This document shows, piece by piece, positions 16,832-25,650 of a stretch of DNA of 49,421 nucleotides. Location: positions 1 through 49,421 of the forward strand of contig DASUPL010000231.1 in the NCBI GenBank assembly GCA_036281155.1, read 5' to 3'. Position numbers and translations under genes: made by a program. Below the pieces are notes generated by a model. The model was not told the origin of the DNA, ran no database searches, and saw only the letters and a program-made list of their open reading frames with translations. How positions within the stretch are numbered: the first letter of the stretch is position 1; each line of letters begins with the position of its first letter. Source of the DNA: Solirubrobacteraceae bacterium (lineage in GTDB: Bacteria; Actinomycetota; Thermoleophilia; Solirubrobacterales; Solirubrobacteraceae).

Positions 16832-17961
16832 CGTTTCCCGCCGCCGCTCGTGGGTGGCTGTGGAGCCAGAGCCCAGTCGCCGCTTTCGTTCATCGTGCTT
16901 TCGCCATAGGCCCTCATGTGGTGGAGGGTGGTGTTCACGTATGAGGCGGGTAGTCGCGATGCCTCGGCGAGCTGCCCCGAGCTGTGCAACCCCGACCCCT
17001 TGGCAAGCAAGACCCGCAGCTGACCTCTCGTGGCCTCCCGCGTCATCGGCGCTAAACCGTCCGTAAGGGCCTCGACCGGTACCCCCAGGGCGCGGGAGAG
17101 ACCCAAGAGCACCAGAAAACTTGGCAGGCTCTCGCCGCTTTCGAGCGCCGCAACGTGGCTCTCGCTGATGAAACACCGTGCGGCCAGCCGGCGTTGCGTC
17201 AGACCAGACTTGGCCCGCGACAACGCCAGATTCTTGCTAAACCCGGCCATGACGTGAGCCCTCTCAGCCGCGTCATGACCAAGCGCGAATATCCCAACGT
17301 CCATTCGCGCGCCACCAGTGCCAAGCGCTGCCCTCAACTGGCGCTTCGTGCGCTCGAGCTCCGCTTCTGCGGTGTCAGCGCGCGTTGCTTCACGGTGGCG
17401 TTCGGTGTGGGCTGCGCGTAGCCGCTCCGCGGTGGTGACGTCTTTTTTCTTTGACTCATCACGTTCATGTTCTGCGAGTGCCCTGGCGTCTTCGATCTGG
17501 TTGATCTCCCGACGCACATGAGGACGACTCAAATCGAACCGACACGCAAACTGAGCCACTACCGTTGAAGGGTCCTCGTCCTCCAGCGGAACCACGAGCG
17601 GATGGGCCTCTGGATCGCTGCGACGCGTGACGGCTGGCCACCAGATCCGCACGGTGCCACGTACGAGAGCGAGTTTCGGCCCAATCGCCGTCTTTAGTTC
17701 GCGCAGCAGCTCCTCAGTTGGGAGAAAGTAGATCCGTGCGTCAGACCCAACGACCCTACGCACATCGCTCGCTTGGATCACGGGCTCAGCGCTACCCAAT
17801 GACGATGCAATACCAACGACCGCATACGCCCTACTACGCGAACGGAGATCCGCGAGCAAGTCCCCCAGCTCAGCCTCGCTGATAACGATCGGATCGACCA
17901 AAGACTCTGGACCTGCTTGGACTAGCCGGCCAGCCGAGCTCCGCGCCCTAGCACCGATCAT
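16828..17961 (-). CDS. Unknown alpha/beta domain + coiled coil fused to an XRE-family HTH
   Basis: XRE motif FSKNLALSRAKSGLTQRRLAARCFISESHVAALESGESLPSFLVLLGLSRALGV; N-terminal VRIWWP...DPEAHPL domain; possible internal ATG at 17304. Confidence 0.75.
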   Translation of the reverse strand: MIGARARSSAGRLVQAGPESLVDPIVISEAELGDLLADLRSRSRAYAVVGIASSLGSAEPVIQASDVRRVVGSDARIYFLPTEELLRELKTAIGPKLALVRGTVRIWWPAVTRRSDPEAHPLVVPLEDEDPSTVVAQFACRFDLSRPHVRREINQIEDARALAEHERDESKKKDVTTAERLRAAHTERHREATRADTAEAELERTKRQLRAALGTGGARMDVGIFALGHDAAERAHVMAGFSKNLALSRAKSGLTQRRLAARCFISESHVAALESGESLPSFLVLLGLSRALGVPVEALTDGLAPMTREATRGQLRVLLAKGSGLHSSGQLAEASRLPASYVNTTLHHMRAYGESTMNESGDWALAPQPPTSGGGKR

Positions 17962-18362
17962 CGCGTAAGTGGTGGGCGTCGGTAAAGGCGCGTGTGGTGA
18001 GCTTGTTCGAGTAGCCCAGCAGCCACCCAGGTGGTGGCATATCGATAGGCAGTCGACTCTCCAAATTTGAGCTCGCGAGCTACCGCTGTGATCGGCCGCT
18101 CGGTGCCGTCGAGAGGGAACGCGGCAAGGACGAGCAGTGCTCGGAGCAGTGAGCGGGAGTATCGGTGCTCGTGCTCGTTGGGGAGCAGGAAAGCGTGTAG
18201 CACCTCCGGGTCTTTGATGGCCCTGGGGATCAAGCCCACGATGCCAGACGCCTCGTGCACGACTTGCGCAACCTGTGCATCATTCAGCGTGATAGTGACT
18301 TCGCGTCCAGCCATGCTCGGTGATCCGTTGCAGTCGCCGTCGCTTGCTGCGGGCATCATCAT
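17958..18362 (-). CDS. IclR-type winged HTH protein lacking an effector domain
   Basis: SRSLLRALLVLAAF...ITAVARELKFGESTAYRYATTWVAAGLLEQ...RLY at the C-terminus; ATGA overlaps at both ends. Confidence 0.85.
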   Translation of the reverse strand: MMMPAASDGDCNGSPSMAGREVTITLNDAQVAQVVHEASGIVGLIPRAIKDPEVLHAFLLPNEHEHRYSRSLLRALLVLAAFPLDGTERPITAVARELKFGESTAYRYATTWVAAGLLEQAHHTRLYRRPPLTR

Positions 18363-18883
18363 CGTGTACGCCTGTAGCGTCGGGTGGCTGAATCGCGCTC
18401 TGCGAGCCCCGCTGCGACGAGCGTGGATATATAGCGGTAAGCGGTGGTCTGGTTCATGTCCAGGCTCCGTGAGAGGTCCGCGTTTCCGATATAGCTTCCG
18501 TCTGCCGGGAGCGCAGCGAACATCATCAAGCCACAGAGCAATGAGCGTGACAGGCCTGCATGCTCTAGCTTCTTTTCGGCTGCGTCCGACATGGTTCGGA
18601 CACCGTCGAGCCCCAAGTGCAGCACCGAGAAGGTCTCGGCCTCGGACGCATGGCGCACGATCTTCTCGACCTGTCCTGGCTCAAGCTCGATCGCGACTGG
18701 TTTCGCCTCGCTTTGATGGTCGCCATCGGCCGCCAGGCATCCCGAGGGATGCCTGGCGGCCTCAGACGTCACTGGATCGAGCCCGCCGGACACCGCCACA
18801 AGCGCATTATCCGGACGCGTGCTACTGCTCTGGATTTCGCCGGGCTGGCGATCATGGGTGGGAGTGCTGGCGTCAGCGGTCAC
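18359..18883 (-). CDS. IclR-type winged HTH protein lacking an effector domain (paralog)
   Basis: SRSLLCGLMMFAAL...NADLSRSLDMNQTTAYRYISTLVAAGLAERDSATRRY at the C-terminus. Confidence 0.85.
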   Translation of the reverse strand: MTADASTPTHDRQPGEIQSSSTRPDNALVAVSGGLDPVTSEAARHPSGCLAADGDHQSEAKPVAIELEPGQVEKIVRHASEAETFSVLHLGLDGVRTMSDAAEKKLEHAGLSRSLLCGLMMFAALPADGSYIGNADLSRSLDMNQTTAYRYISTLVAAGLAERDSATRRYRRTR

Positions 18884-18995
18884 GACGGCTGGAATGCTCG
18901 CGCTCTAGACCGGCGAGCGATAGGTCTGCGCCTACTATTTAGTTCTAGCTATCCGCATCGTCGCTCAGCACAGTGCCGGCACAGATCGATTCATT

Positions 18996-20126
18996 TCATG
19001 CGGAGCGCTGCGCGTAGACGATGCGCCACACCCGGAGAATCGGAAGCAGTAGCCTGGTGAGCGAGCCGCCGGCGCGTATGAAGGAGCTTGTACCAACGCG
19101 AAGCTGCGGCGTGGAGGCTGTGTCCTTGGACAGGTACATCGCGATCATCGCGGCAGCGACTACGGCGTGGCGGTGCCCATCGCGTAGGGCGCGCGCTTCG
19201 AGTACGGACTGTGAGACGAGCGAGCGAATCCCGTGCACAGCGCCCTCGTGGTCTTGGTAGTGGGAGATGTAGCTGTGGTCGCCGTTCTCGGCGTCTTCGA
19301 TTTGGTCGACGTAGCTATCGAGCATCGTCGTAGTCGCCGTTAGCCAGGGAGAATAGGCGGCGTAGGTGTAGGCGATGTCGCTCTCCGAGCACTGGGGTTC
19401 GGTTGCGAGAGCGAGCAAGGCATGGATGGCCAGCGGCGCGCTTGCCGCGCCCGATAGCTCCCACCAGCTCACCCTGAGCTCGCCGGGGTACTCATCGGCT
19501 GCCCACCGCTTGAGCGCCGTTTCGCGGCCCGCTGGGTCCGGGTGATGGTTGAGCGCCAGGACTTGCGCTCTGTGCGCCTCGCCGACGACAACCTCACGTA
19601 CGCATTGATACGAAGGCAGTGAGGCGCAGCAATGCCGGCAGGTCTCAACGAGAGCCAGCAAGAATCCACCGTCGGTGTCTGCCGGGTGGTTGCGATAGTA
19701 GTCGGAGATCTCCGTTCTCGGGTCGATCGCCTCGGCAATCGCGAGGTGCAGTTGGCGACCATTCTCCGTCCCGATTACGGCCGAGCGCTCGTTGACGTTG
19801 TCCAGGAAGTCCCAGATAAGCTCGTAGGCGATGAGCAAGCGCAACAGGTCGAGATTGCGTCGCCGAGGCAGTGTCCAGAACAGCGCCGCACCGTGAAGAT
19901 GTGTGCGCTTGTTCGTAAGCGCACACAGAGCGTCGTCGCGAATCGGCCTATCGGGAATCATCAGAGCACGGTCGCGCCACCGCTGTATCTCTCTAGACGC
20001 CGCCCGTAATCCCCACACGAGTTCGCGTCCTGCTGCCCTACTGAGAGCGAAGAGCTGGCAGGGACTCAGGGGAGCCGGATCACGCGAGTCTAGTTCCCGA
20101 ATCCTTCTAATTTTAGGTGCGCATGG
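18996..20126 (-). CDS. DUF2600 / YtpB-like (tetraprenyl-beta-curcumene synthase family) terpene synthase; start uncertain
   Basis: REIQRWRDRALMIPDRPIRDDAL...K; acidic motifs WDFLDNVNE and LDSYVDQIED; WWELSGAAS; AMYLSKD. First canonical start is GTG at 20018, but the frame is open to 20126. Confidence 0.85.
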   Translation of the reverse strand, partial: PCAPKIRRIRELDSRDPAPLSPCQLFALSRAAGRELVWGLRAASREIQRWRDRALMIPDRPIRDDALCALTNKRTHLHGAALFWTLPRRRNLDLLRLLIAYELIWDFLDNVNERSAVIGTENGRQLHLAIAEAIDPRTEISDYYRNHPADTDGGFLLALVETCRHCCASLPSYQCVREVVVGEAHRAQVLALNHHPDPAGRETALKRWAADEYPGELRVSWWELSGAASAPLAIHALLALATEPQCSESDIAYTYAAYSPWLTATTTMLDSYVDQIEDAENGDHSYISHYQDHEGAVHGIRSLVSQSVLEARALRDGHRHAVVAAAMIAMYLSKDTASTPQLRVGTSSFIRAGGSLTRLLLPILRVWRIVYAQRSA

Positions 20127-22670
20127 CTAGTCGGAAAGGCCGACCGCCGGACGCACACGCGCCACGTAATACCCTGGGAACGCGACGATGATCACCGCGA
20201 CCGTGCTCACCAAGAAGAAGCTCGCGGCGGCGACGAAAACAGCCGGAACAAAGACGACGGGAAACCCCGTAACGCTCAAAATCCCGTGGCTCCCGAGAAG
20301 CTGGCCGCCGAGGCCGAAGAGCGCACCAATCGAACACCCCGATCCGAGCAGCAACGTGCTCTCCAGCAATAGTGCACGCCAGACAACGAGATCTGAGAAG
20401 CCGTCTAGCTTGAGCAGCGCGAGGCGAGGACGGCGCTGCCAGACCATGCTGCCCATCGCGGCGGCCATCGCGAGTACCGACGCGATCAGAACCAGGGTTC
20501 TGATCGTAGTCAGCCGAGACAGTCCTTGGCTTGCCTGTTCGTAATGGCGTCGCTCGCGCTGAGGGGCAGCTACCGCGAGAAGTCCGCTACCAACTCCGAG
20601 CGCCTGCTGGACTCGAGCGGCCGTGATTGTGCTCGCTGTACTCGATGACCGAACAATCTGGTAGGCGCTTACGTCGTTGCTCCCCCAAGCCCGAGCATAG
20701 TCTTCAGCGTTCAGGATGATGGCCCCTGAAGGCCATCCGAGATTGGTAATCAGGCCTGCAAGCCGGAACGTTGTGGGAATCGGTGACGGCAACGTGAACG
20801 GTTGCCCTACGTGGAGGTGATGCTGTTCCGCGAGTGCTTGCGACATCACAGCCCAGCCCTGTTCCCGCACCCGTTTCGTTGCCAGAGAGAGATCTCCCGA
20901 CACCATCTGCGTATCGGCAATCGGTCGCGCTACGGCAGGCGGTTGTGCCAGGATCCACACCCGCCGCCCGCTGTAGTCGAGAAAGCCCCCCCGATAGGAG
21001 CGCACCGCCTGGACCCCAGCAAGGCGTGCGATCGAGCGCATCAAGGACCCACCATCGAACGGCGTCGTCGCAAAGGCGTCGGATTCAGCGCTGGGAGTAA
21101 TCCAGATATCGGCCGTAGAGTCAATACCCTTGGCTGACGCGTCCAGGCCGCGCTCCAGGTCTTTACGCGTGCCTTCGATCGCGACGCTGCCAAACACCGC
21201 GACTGCGCCCGTCGCCGCTATCGCAACGGTCCGAGACCACGTCGAGGATGAGCGCAGCTCGTTAACGGCAATCGACAGCGCCCGCACCTTCATATCGAGC
21301 GTCAGCCACTCCACGAGCAGCAACAGTCCATGAAGCAAGCTGGGCAGCAAGAGGAGCAGGGACGCCGTCAGGGCCACGACGCCGATAATCGCGCTCCCAG
21401 GCGCGAGCGCCAAGACAGCGCCTGCCACGAGCAGACATGCCACTCCAAGCAGAGGGACCGCGCGTCGCTTGTTCTTCTGTGAGCGCGGCCGACCAGGCGC
21501 GGTGCGTCGCCATGGAGCAACGACATCTCGAAGTGGCATCAGCACCCCAACGCATGCAGCGAGCAGTCCTCCGCCCACCGCGACGACGAGGCTCTCCCAA
21601 GTCACGATCCGCTGCGAGCCCACAGGGAACGCAAATGACAGATACCCAGGGCTCGCCTGGAAGAGACTCAGCGAGATCTCGTTCCCAATAAGCAAGCCGA
21701 GCAGCGAGGAGAGGACACCGAGGACGAGCGCGTCGACGAGCAGCACCTCCAGCATCGTCAGGTATCCATAGCCGTCGAGTCGTAGATCAGCGAGAAGCCT
21801 CCGCCTCGCGGGTGCGGTGAGCAGCATTGCGTTGAACGCGAACAGGAACCCCACCAGCGCACTTATGGCGGCAAACACAGCGGTCGACTCATCGGTCGGC
21901 GCCGCAGCGTTGTCGAACAGCGTCGCGTCGAAGTCGGCCTCCTCCACGTTCAGGTGTCCATCGGCGAGTCGCTTCAGAGCGGCACGCACGTCGTCATATC
22001 GACCGGGCAGCGGCTGCACGAAGATGCGTGTGATGCGATTTCGCAGACCGGTGAGGCGCTGCGCATAGGCCAGCGGCGCTACCGCGATAGGACTATGAAC
22101 CAGCTCGCCAATGTCGGCTTGTTGGAGAGTGATCCCGATGAGCGACCGCACAGAACGTGCGCCAATGTGCAAACTGACGGCTTGCAGCTGTGTCGCGCCG
22201 ACTTCCCGCGCTATGGGAGCAGGGAGAGCGATAGCGTGCTGCCGGGCAAGAGCAGCAACGCTCAGATGCTGTAGCAGCACCCCACCCATGCTCACAAAGC
22301 GCGGGTCGGCACCGATGAGATCAACCGACCGCGCGCCCTTCGGCCCGACCACGTTCGCCTGCGCCTCGAGTATCGGCGCCGCCGATCGAACGCCGGGCAT
22401 GCGCTGAACGTCTTCCAGGAGGCGCGCGTCGAACCCCTGCGGGCTGCGGGCCTCGATCTGAAGCCGCGACTGACCCACCAACCCGCCCGTCAGTTGACTA
22501 ACCGAGCCATTGAGACTCGCGTTGGCCACTTGCGAGGCAAACAGCAACGCGACCCCGACCGCAATCCCAATCACCACCAACGATTCCTGAACGATGCGCC
22601 CCCGCAAGCGCACCCGGTAGAGATGAAGAATGCCCAACGGTTTCATCCGGGCCCCGCCGACCCTCATCAC
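20127..22670 (-). CDS. FtsX/MacB-type ABC transporter permease (duplicated repeat)
   Basis: 847 aa; GIAVGVALLFA first TM; two extracytoplasmic domains; repeated RRRLLADLRLDG / RRPRLALLKLDG motifs. Confidence 0.92.
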   Translation of the reverse strand: MMRVGGARMKPLGILHLYRVRLRGRIVQESLVVIGIAVGVALLFASQVANASLNGSVSQLTGGLVGQSRLQIEARSPQGFDARLLEDVQRMPGVRSAAPILEAQANVVGPKGARSVDLIGADPRFVSMGGVLLQHLSVAALARQHAIALPAPIAREVGATQLQAVSLHIGARSVRSLIGITLQQADIGELVHSPIAVAPLAYAQRLTGLRNRITRIFVQPLPGRYDDVRAALKRLADGHLNVEEADFDATLFDNAAAPTDESTAVFAAISALVGFLFAFNAMLLTAPARRRLLADLRLDGYGYLTMLEVLLVDALVLGVLSSLLGLLIGNEISLSLFQASPGYLSFAFPVGSQRIVTWESLVVAVGGGLLAACVGVLMPLRDVVAPWRRTAPGRPRSQKNKRRAVPLLGVACLLVAGAVLALAPGSAIIGVVALTASLLLLLPSLLHGLLLLVEWLTLDMKVRALSIAVNELRSSSTWSRTVAIAATGAVAVFGSVAIEGTRKDLERGLDASAKGIDSTADIWITPSAESDAFATTPFDGGSLMRSIARLAGVQAVRSYRGGFLDYSGRRVWILAQPPAVARPIADTQMVSGDLSLATKRVREQGWAVMSQALAEQHHLHVGQPFTLPSPIPTTFRLAGLITNLGWPSGAIILNAEDYARAWGSNDVSAYQIVRSSSTASTITAARVQQALGVGSGLLAVAAPQRERRHYEQASQGLSRLTTIRTLVLIASVLAMAAAMGSMVWQRRPRLALLKLDGFSDLVVWRALLLESTLLLGSGCSIGALFGLGGQLLGSHGILSVTGFPVVFVPAVFVAAASFFLVSTVAVIIVAFPGYYVARVRPAVGLSD

Positions 22671-23374
22671 TGGACTGACATCGAGTCGATACCAGGATCT
22701 GATCGCCCTTCGGTGAGACGTCCGTCGCGTAGTGTGTGCACACGATCGGCGTAACCCGCTGCCTCTGGATCATGTGTGACCAGCAGAGTCGCGATCTCAC
22801 GCTCACGACAGAACTCACTCAACAATGCGAGGACTTCGCGGCCGCGGTCGGTATCTAGGCTGCCGGTAGGCTCATCAGCGAGCACGATCGTCGGATCGGT
22901 CGAAAGTGCCCGCGCGATCATCACTCGCTGACGCTCTCCCATCGACAGCTGCGTCGCGTGATAGTCGAGCCGCGCGCGAAGACCGAGGCGCACCAACAGC
23001 GGCTCGACCCGTCGGCGAGCATCCCTCACGCTCGTGGACTTGCCCAAGAGCTTGATCGCGGCGTTGTCGAGCGCGCTTGCCCCAGGGATCAAATCCAGCG
23101 ACTGGCGAATAAATCCCAGCTCGTTCATGCGGTAGCTCGCCGCGCGCTGAGCCGACAGTCCGGTGATGTCGCGTCCGGCGACGAGAACCGAACCGCTGTC
23201 CGGACGCATCGCGGCGGCCGCGATCATCAGCAGCGTGGACTTCCCCGAGCCACTTGGGCCGTATAGCGCCACGAGCTCTCCCGCCGAGATAGTCAGCGAC
23301 ACGCCATCAACGGCGTTCACCGGCTCAGCGTCACCTACCGCATAACGCTTGACGAGCTCCCGCAGCTCAAGCAC
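22667..23374 (-). CDS. ABC transporter ATP-binding protein (LolD/MacB-like)
   Basis: GPSGSGKST, LSMGERQRV, VLADEPTGSLD and VTHD are all intact. Confidence 0.95.
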   Translation of the reverse strand: MLELRELVKRYAVGDAEPVNAVDGVSLTISAGELVALYGPSGSGKSTLLMIAAAAMRPDSGSVLVAGRDITGLSAQRAASYRMNELGFIRQSLDLIPGASALDNAAIKLLGKSTSVRDARRRVEPLLVRLGLRARLDYHATQLSMGERQRVMIARALSTDPTIVLADEPTGSLDTDRGREVLALLSEFCREREIATLLVTHDPEAAGYADRVHTLRDGRLTEGRSDPGIDSMSVQ

Positions 23375-24106
23375 TTACGCGGACTGCTGGCGGCCGCGCA
23401 AGGCGACCACATTCGTACGCAAGTCTTGCGGAGTCCCAGACACGATCAGCCGACCGTCACTGAGCGATCCCATCCGATCCGCGTGCGCCATGTCAGGCAT
23501 ATCCGGGACCGTGACGAGGATGCCGAGACCTTCCTCGGTCGCAGCATGGCGCAAAAGTCGCATGATCTCCTCGCGTTGAAGGACATCGAGATTTGTGGTC
23601 GGATCGTCCGCGATGAGGAGCTTCGGCTCGCGCACCAAGGCTCGAGCCAACGCCACGAGTGTGCGCTCACCGTCGGTCAAGCCCTCCCATGACTCATACG
23701 CACAGTCCGCCACCCCAAAGCGCTTCAGAATCGCGCTCGCGCGTCGTCTCGCATTACGCGGAGAGAGCTTGCCAAGCAGCGGCAGAGCTACATACTCGAC
23801 GATCGAGCGGACCTCGCTGTGTGGACCGTTGCGCTGCACCCAGCCAACTCCATCGTGAAGGTGAGGCTCTCTCCCACGCGGCACTCCGCCAAGAACATGA
23901 CCATCGAACGACACACAACCACGATCCGGAGCAACCAACCCAGCAGCGACCATCGCCAGGGTCGTCTTACCAGCTCCGCGCTGGCCCCAGATGGCGAAAA
24001 ACTCGCCCGCGTTGACCTCCAGCGAAACGTCCGCGAGCACAGCCGTCTCGTGCGCGCCACGCCAGTGGCTCTTGAACACTCGCTCCACTGAAAGCAGCGC
24101 GGACAT
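23375..24106 (-). CDS. ABC ATP-binding protein with degenerate catalytic motifs
   Basis: Walker A GQRGAGKT; signature LTDGE; Walker B LIADDP; VTVPD in place of VTHD. Start ATG at 24106. Confidence 0.88.
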   Translation of the reverse strand: MSALLSVERVFKSHWRGAHETAVLADVSLEVNAGEFFAIWGQRGAGKTTLAMVAAGLVAPDRGCVSFDGHVLGGVPRGREPHLHDGVGWVQRNGPHSEVRSIVEYVALPLLGKLSPRNARRRASAILKRFGVADCAYESWEGLTDGERTLVALARALVREPKLLIADDPTTNLDVLQREEIMRLLRHAATEEGLGILVTVPDMPDMAHADRMGSLSDGRLIVSGTPQDLRTNVVALRGRQQSA

Positions 24107-24116
24107 ACCCAACAAT

Positions 24117-24686
24117 CTATCTCGGTCGACGCTCGGAGTCTCGGGCGAGGATCGTCGCCATGACGCTGCGGGTTTCTTGCAGCGTCTCGATCCGCGCCTC
24201 AAGCTGTTTGATCTCGGCGCGCGACTTCAAGACGACAGCCGCCTCCTCCCAACTCGCCGAGAGCCCAGCCGAGGGCGGCCTCGTACTCCTCAACGCTCGC
24301 AGGTGATCGATGCACTGCTGCTCCTGCGCCCAAGTCTGGTCAATCAGACTAGGCAGAAACTCAGGGCGAGCCAAAAGGATCTTCAGGTCGAGCCCATCAC
24401 GCACCGGACTCAGCGGAGTCGATTCGTTGATCCACGCCGCGAACGTTCCCTGGCCCTGCGGGGTAGCCTCGTACACGACGCGCGGGGCACCCCGAGCGGT
24501 TGCGCCCATCTCCTTCTTCCCACGGCTACGAACATCACCATCTCGCACCAGTTGATCGAGCGCGGTATAGACACCAGATGACTGCCAAGCCCACGCGCCA
24601 AATTGCTCATCGAGCCGCTTCGTCAACTGGTAGCCGTAGCTCGGTCGCTCGATCAAGAGCCCCAAAACAGCGTGCCTCACGCTCAT
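24117..24686 (-). CDS. PadR-family transcriptional regulator
   Basis: VRHAVLGLLIERPSYGYQL...VYTALDQL...RVVYEATPQG, plus a C-terminal helical dimerisation region. Confidence 0.93.
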   Translation of the reverse strand: MSVRHAVLGLLIERPSYGYQLTKRLDEQFGAWAWQSSGVYTALDQLVRDGDVRSRGKKEMGATARGAPRVVYEATPQGQGTFAAWINESTPLSPVRDGLDLKILLARPEFLPSLIDQTWAQEQQCIDHLRALRSTRPPSAGLSASWEEAAVVLKSRAEIKQLEARIETLQETRSVMATILARDSERRPR

Positions 24687-25155
24687 CGTGCCAAAGATCC
24701 TGTTCGTCTAGCCAGCCAAGTCTCGCTGTCCGAACCATAGCCAAAACCGCCAGCGTTCGTACTATTCAACTGACCATCCAGTCGCGTTCTGCGAGTAGCC
24801 GGTCTCTCTAGGACGGCTTGGCACAACGGTTGGCGAACACACCTTCGCTTGGAGTGCCAAACTGGCCCCGTAGGCAAGCTACCGGTGCCACGACTTCTGC
24901 CTCGACTGCCCCTATCGCCGAGCTAGGACGCTTCCACGATCGCGAAGGCCGAGCAACTCGCGAACGAGATGAAGGGCACGGCTGGTTTCGCGATCGCGCT
25001 CTTGACAGACGCTCCGGCACTCTCCGAAACTCTCCCGGTATGAGCGTTTTCTGAGGTCGCCTGAGAGCATCTGAGCCCCTGAAAACCGCCTGGGGAAGCG
25101 GAGAGCAGCGTCCGGGCAGCCTGCAAAGCCGCGCATCGGGCGCTCGAGCCGCGCG

Positions 25156-25536
25156 TCAGATCCGCTCGGCGCGGGACCGCAGCCAGATCACCAAGTCCGC
25201 CTCCGAGAGGCGACCGGCGGCGACGTCGCGAAACGTGCGATCGATGTCCCGCGCATTGGCCGTGAGGCGTAGGCCCTGTTCCTCCAGGTACATGTCCATC
25301 AACAGCAGGGCCACGCGCCTGTTGCCGTCGGGGAGCGGGTGGTTGCGCACGAGGCGCGAGGCGATGATCGCGGCGCGCTGGACCGGGTCGGTGTAGAGGT
25401 CGTTGCCCTCGAAGCTGGCGAAGGGAGCGGCCAGCGCGGATTCCGCTAACGAGATCCTCGTGGCCCTCGCGATGCGCTCGGCGTCGATTCCGAGCACCGC
25501 TTCAGCGGCCAGCAGGAAGTCTGCGATTCCCACCAT
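25156..25536 (-). CDS. Fic/Doc-family toxin (death-on-curing type)
   Basis: LAESALAAP...LVRNHPLPDGNRRVA Fic motif; 126 aa. Confidence 0.88.
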   Translation of the reverse strand: MVGIADFLLAAEAVLGIDAERIARATRISLAESALAAPFASFEGNDLYTDPVQRAAIIASRLVRNHPLPDGNRRVALLLMDMYLEEQGLRLTANARDIDRTFRDVAAGRLSEADLVIWLRSRAERI

Positions 25537-25538
25537 CC

Positions 25539-25560
25539 GGCATCATTCTAGCATGATGCC
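25539..25560. promoter_or_regulatory. Palindrome overlapping the extended -10 of the doc-like gene
   Basis: GGCATCAT-tctagc-ATGATGCC. On the minus strand it contains TGcTAGAAT, 8 nt upstream of ATG 25536. Confidence 0.6.
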
Positions 25561-25650
25561 TTGGTAGCTAGATGCTCCTAATACAGGTTGATAGATATCT
25601 CGATATGTGCCATGATTCGAGGTGAAAGCGAGACAAGGGAGCACGACACC

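Noticed and set aside
24687-25155. Short ORFs upstream of padR
   Set aside because: No motifs, RBS or consistent frame; most likely promoter or intergenic DNA. I found no clear PadR palindrome by eye.
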